Shown one piece after another: positions 38,501 to 39,528 of a DNA stretch of 39,528 nucleotides. The notes below the pieces were generated by a model, which saw only the letters and a list, made by a program, of their open reading frames with translations, was not told where the DNA came from and made no database searches. The first letter of the stretch is position 1, and each line of letters opens with the position of its first letter. The position numbers and the translations under genes were made by a program. This DNA comes from an uncultured Methanotrichaceae archaeon (lineage in GTDB: Archaea; Halobacteriota; Methanosarcinia; Methanotrichales; Methanotrichaceae): positions 1-39,528 of the forward strand of contig CAYXSJ010000003.1 of assembly GCA_964467095.1 (NCBI GenBank). Reading direction: 5' to 3'.

Positions 38501-39462
38501 GATCCTATGAGTCGGGCAGCGGTTACTACTCTTCTGAGGAGTCATCCCAGCTTGGGGAAGTTGAAAAATACACAAAAATGCTTTATGCACCTGCTTTTAG
38601 CATGGCCGGGTCGCAAAACATCAGCTATGCGAATTTATGGAGTGAAGGAATGCTGACAAAAGAAGCAGATAGGGGGCAACTCATCAGCGAAGAGATCCGT
38701 TATGCCTCTTTTGTCGATAAGGAGGCCCTGATGGAGAAATCTTCCCTTTCTCTTCTCGGCAAGTTCAATGGAACCCTTAATATTCAATTAGAGAAGGGGC
38801 AAAGCCTCGATCTGGATGAGACATTCATAGGAAGCTATCAGATAGATACGGCGATAAGCGTCTACACCACACCCCGGCATCTATATCCCCATGTGAATAT
38901 CAGCAAGGAGGCAATCATGCTGGACGAAAATACAGTGCTCTTTTTAATCAATGTCAGCAACGACGGCAATAAGTTGCTCCGGCCCCTCAATGTAACCGAT
39001 TATCTTCCGGAAGGCTGCAGCTATATCAACTCCAGCATCAGAGCGAAGACGAACGGCAGTACGGTCAATTGGACCATTCCCTCGCTTGATATCGGCAGAA
39101 AGCTGACCATAAAGATGAGGGCCAAGGTGGAGGGCGAACGCGCATACTACACGAATCGCGTGCGGGTCAGGGCCACCTGCAAGGAGAGCATGGTTGAGGC
39201 CAGGAACAGCACCACCTTTGAGGCTTACTATCGGCCTCTGCCCTGCTGCCCGGGAGTTGGCACGGGCGCTGATGCGGATAACAAGATTAATGCCACCAGT
39301 CTCTCTAATGCTATTGGCTATTGGGGGGAGTGGAATCCCTCACCCGGTTTCAATATCACCGGCAATATGACGGAATGCTCCTGTGAGGCGGATGCATATT
39401 ATGATGAGCTGGAGAAGAATCCGACAAAGAGTTGCTGTGCATCCAATTATGACGTGCCATAA
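35536..39462 (+). CDS. Large secreted DUF11-domain protein with inserted and duplicated beta-rich regions and a Cys-rich tail
   Basis: Signal-like hydrophobic stretch; about five DUF11/DUF7507 units (I.K.A......G..LTY.I.Y.N.G......V.D.LP); many N-X-S/T sequons; no TM anchor. TTG start is uncertain. Confidence 0.85.
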   Translation: MRKCSNSSRHFAQAWLIEKAFVILALAGLILLFFSSAAFAAAMEKEVQSGSIFNFVARNISQEDVSFEWKASDGSPTSSRGRSLRWTAPTVDSPKNVVILLSLTNSYGCSQDYTNRINIRVVPKPVAKIELKKECLFTAPVRIGDYVVYTYNVTNQGNQPLEDLNLTDLQNWGPNCLPGYRRGDDGNDVLDPGESWWYEYRYPVPDPSDYPMLSIMESKKSSTQLSETIQKLMEKKIRLEIVMENLRRYANQFDMLASDQVTSHEIRGGLNYTFYNYSNEVTGESFSKIVDFKGNLNKTIYGDPLTGAVLTVQYDEFGKILSEELYYPPPRSKEYLKIEYDLPARGYKTITIIDYSSGDTLVLIVDGRGNILSKEYKITPGYKPYLEKYFLKNTATVTAKTRDGKMVSDSDSFTLEVFSPLPILRITKTAEPDPVNPGGILNYSIVYENIGGADAHDVVLQETYNKSLAFLWSDRAPSSGTVDRWNLGDLAVGESGQIRIQTLVSPSIVPGSQITNQAKLECKESSWAMVMINTTVAEAVLNISKTASVDIIQPGGNLTYTIKYRNEGSVKQTNVTIHDWLDANVILDADNSRSDPILLKNGSHGNYLWWYRGDLDPGEYGTITIRAKVKDKDAFKGNVTSVINTYRINSSQIEGKKATFETIVVLLHSLWINKKADKSDYNREENITYTINYGNTAPFPADNVSVTDLLPKVDLISASPPPNPGLSNGSVLNWTIGSLAVNETGTIKIIVQIPKKARAKFDETSFVQGEGYVYVRKGLSTEEKKESLINRATISGDYGKSRIPPSSCTSTVTILGWAGTRMTSIEHGSGHYEEEAKSSLCQENKSISLDKDIFAKYRKATFSLPANRSLNYNSLWSDFTMTENKILGDVIGEKFLYMDTLNKSSSFLADMNQTVYKSEADFNSGMAQISYKKHDLDKRAAVLEIDENYHGSFRVAEAVDSYGESVKFSKSGIGKGFVSSDKRAKGRQRSYESGSGYYSSEESSQLGEVEKYTKMLYAPAFSMAGSQNISYANLWSEGMLTKEADRGQLISEEIRYASFVDKEALMEKSSLSLLGKFNGTLNIQLEKGQSLDLDETFIGSYQIDTAISVYTTPRHLYPHVNISKEAIMLDENTVLFLINVSNDGNKLLRPLNVTDYLPEGCSYINSSIRAKTNGSTVNWTIPSLDIGRKLTIKMRAKVEGERAYYTNRVRVRATCKESMVEARNSTTFEAYYRPLPCCPGVGTGADADNKINATSLSNAIGYWGEWNPSPGFNITGNMTECSCEADAYYDELEKNPTKSCCASNYDVP

Positions 39463-39473
39463 GAAAAGTTCAC

Positions 39474-39528
39474 GTGACTACTCCCACCAATGAATTGGCG
39501 GGCATCTAGGCTTTAGCCACAGACTGTA
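39474..39528. mobile_element. Possible IS200/IS605-family element end (subterminal hairpin), continuing beyond the window
   Basis: GTGACTACT-CCCACCAA-TGAA-TTGGCGGG-CATCT is a short hairpin with a tetraloop, in a context resembling IS200/IS605 ends. No transposase is visible. Confidence 0.45.

Noticed and set aside
1-39528. tRNA/rRNA genes and Pyl/Sec read-through
   Set aside because: I recognised no RNA gene by eye, and no gene appears split at an in-frame TAG or TGA. tRNAscan-SE or Infernal would be needed to exclude RNA genes formally.

Overview
This is an archaeal methanogen chromosome segment, most consistent with Methanotrichaceae (Methanothrix/Methanosaeta). The taxon is inferred from ycaO-tfuA, aIF-5A, S17e, an alternative-heme AhbC-like enzyme and DUF11-rich surface genes; it was not confirmed by any search. 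Housekeeping blocks are aminotransferase-aIF5A-agmatinase, paaI-like-ycaO-tfuA-nadA, hemL-hemC-cobA/hemD-ahbC, larC, trkA-trkH, an HD hydrolase and thiD-rps17e-dapA-dapB. Accessory genes sit between them: a leaderless clan GH-A hydrolase with a coiled-coil insert, a divergent secreted TPR / trypsin-TPR pair, a receiver plus degenerate HisKA protein, a 34-aa-repeat solenoid and a trkH remnant. The last 11 kb is a secreted-protein locus: a degenerate CE4-fold gene divergent from three Ig/DUF11/PKD genes that share modules, lack membrane anchors, and two of which end in an apparent dangling beta-strand. This locus is my best candidate for an undescribed extracellular assembly system. Features absent from the ORF track include a 39-aa sORF with its own promoter, RBS and terminator after ahbC, a probable CTG start for hemC, an orphan promoter near 16940, a REP-like inverted-repeat element and an IS200/IS605-like end at the right edge. 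All family calls come from reading motifs by eye.
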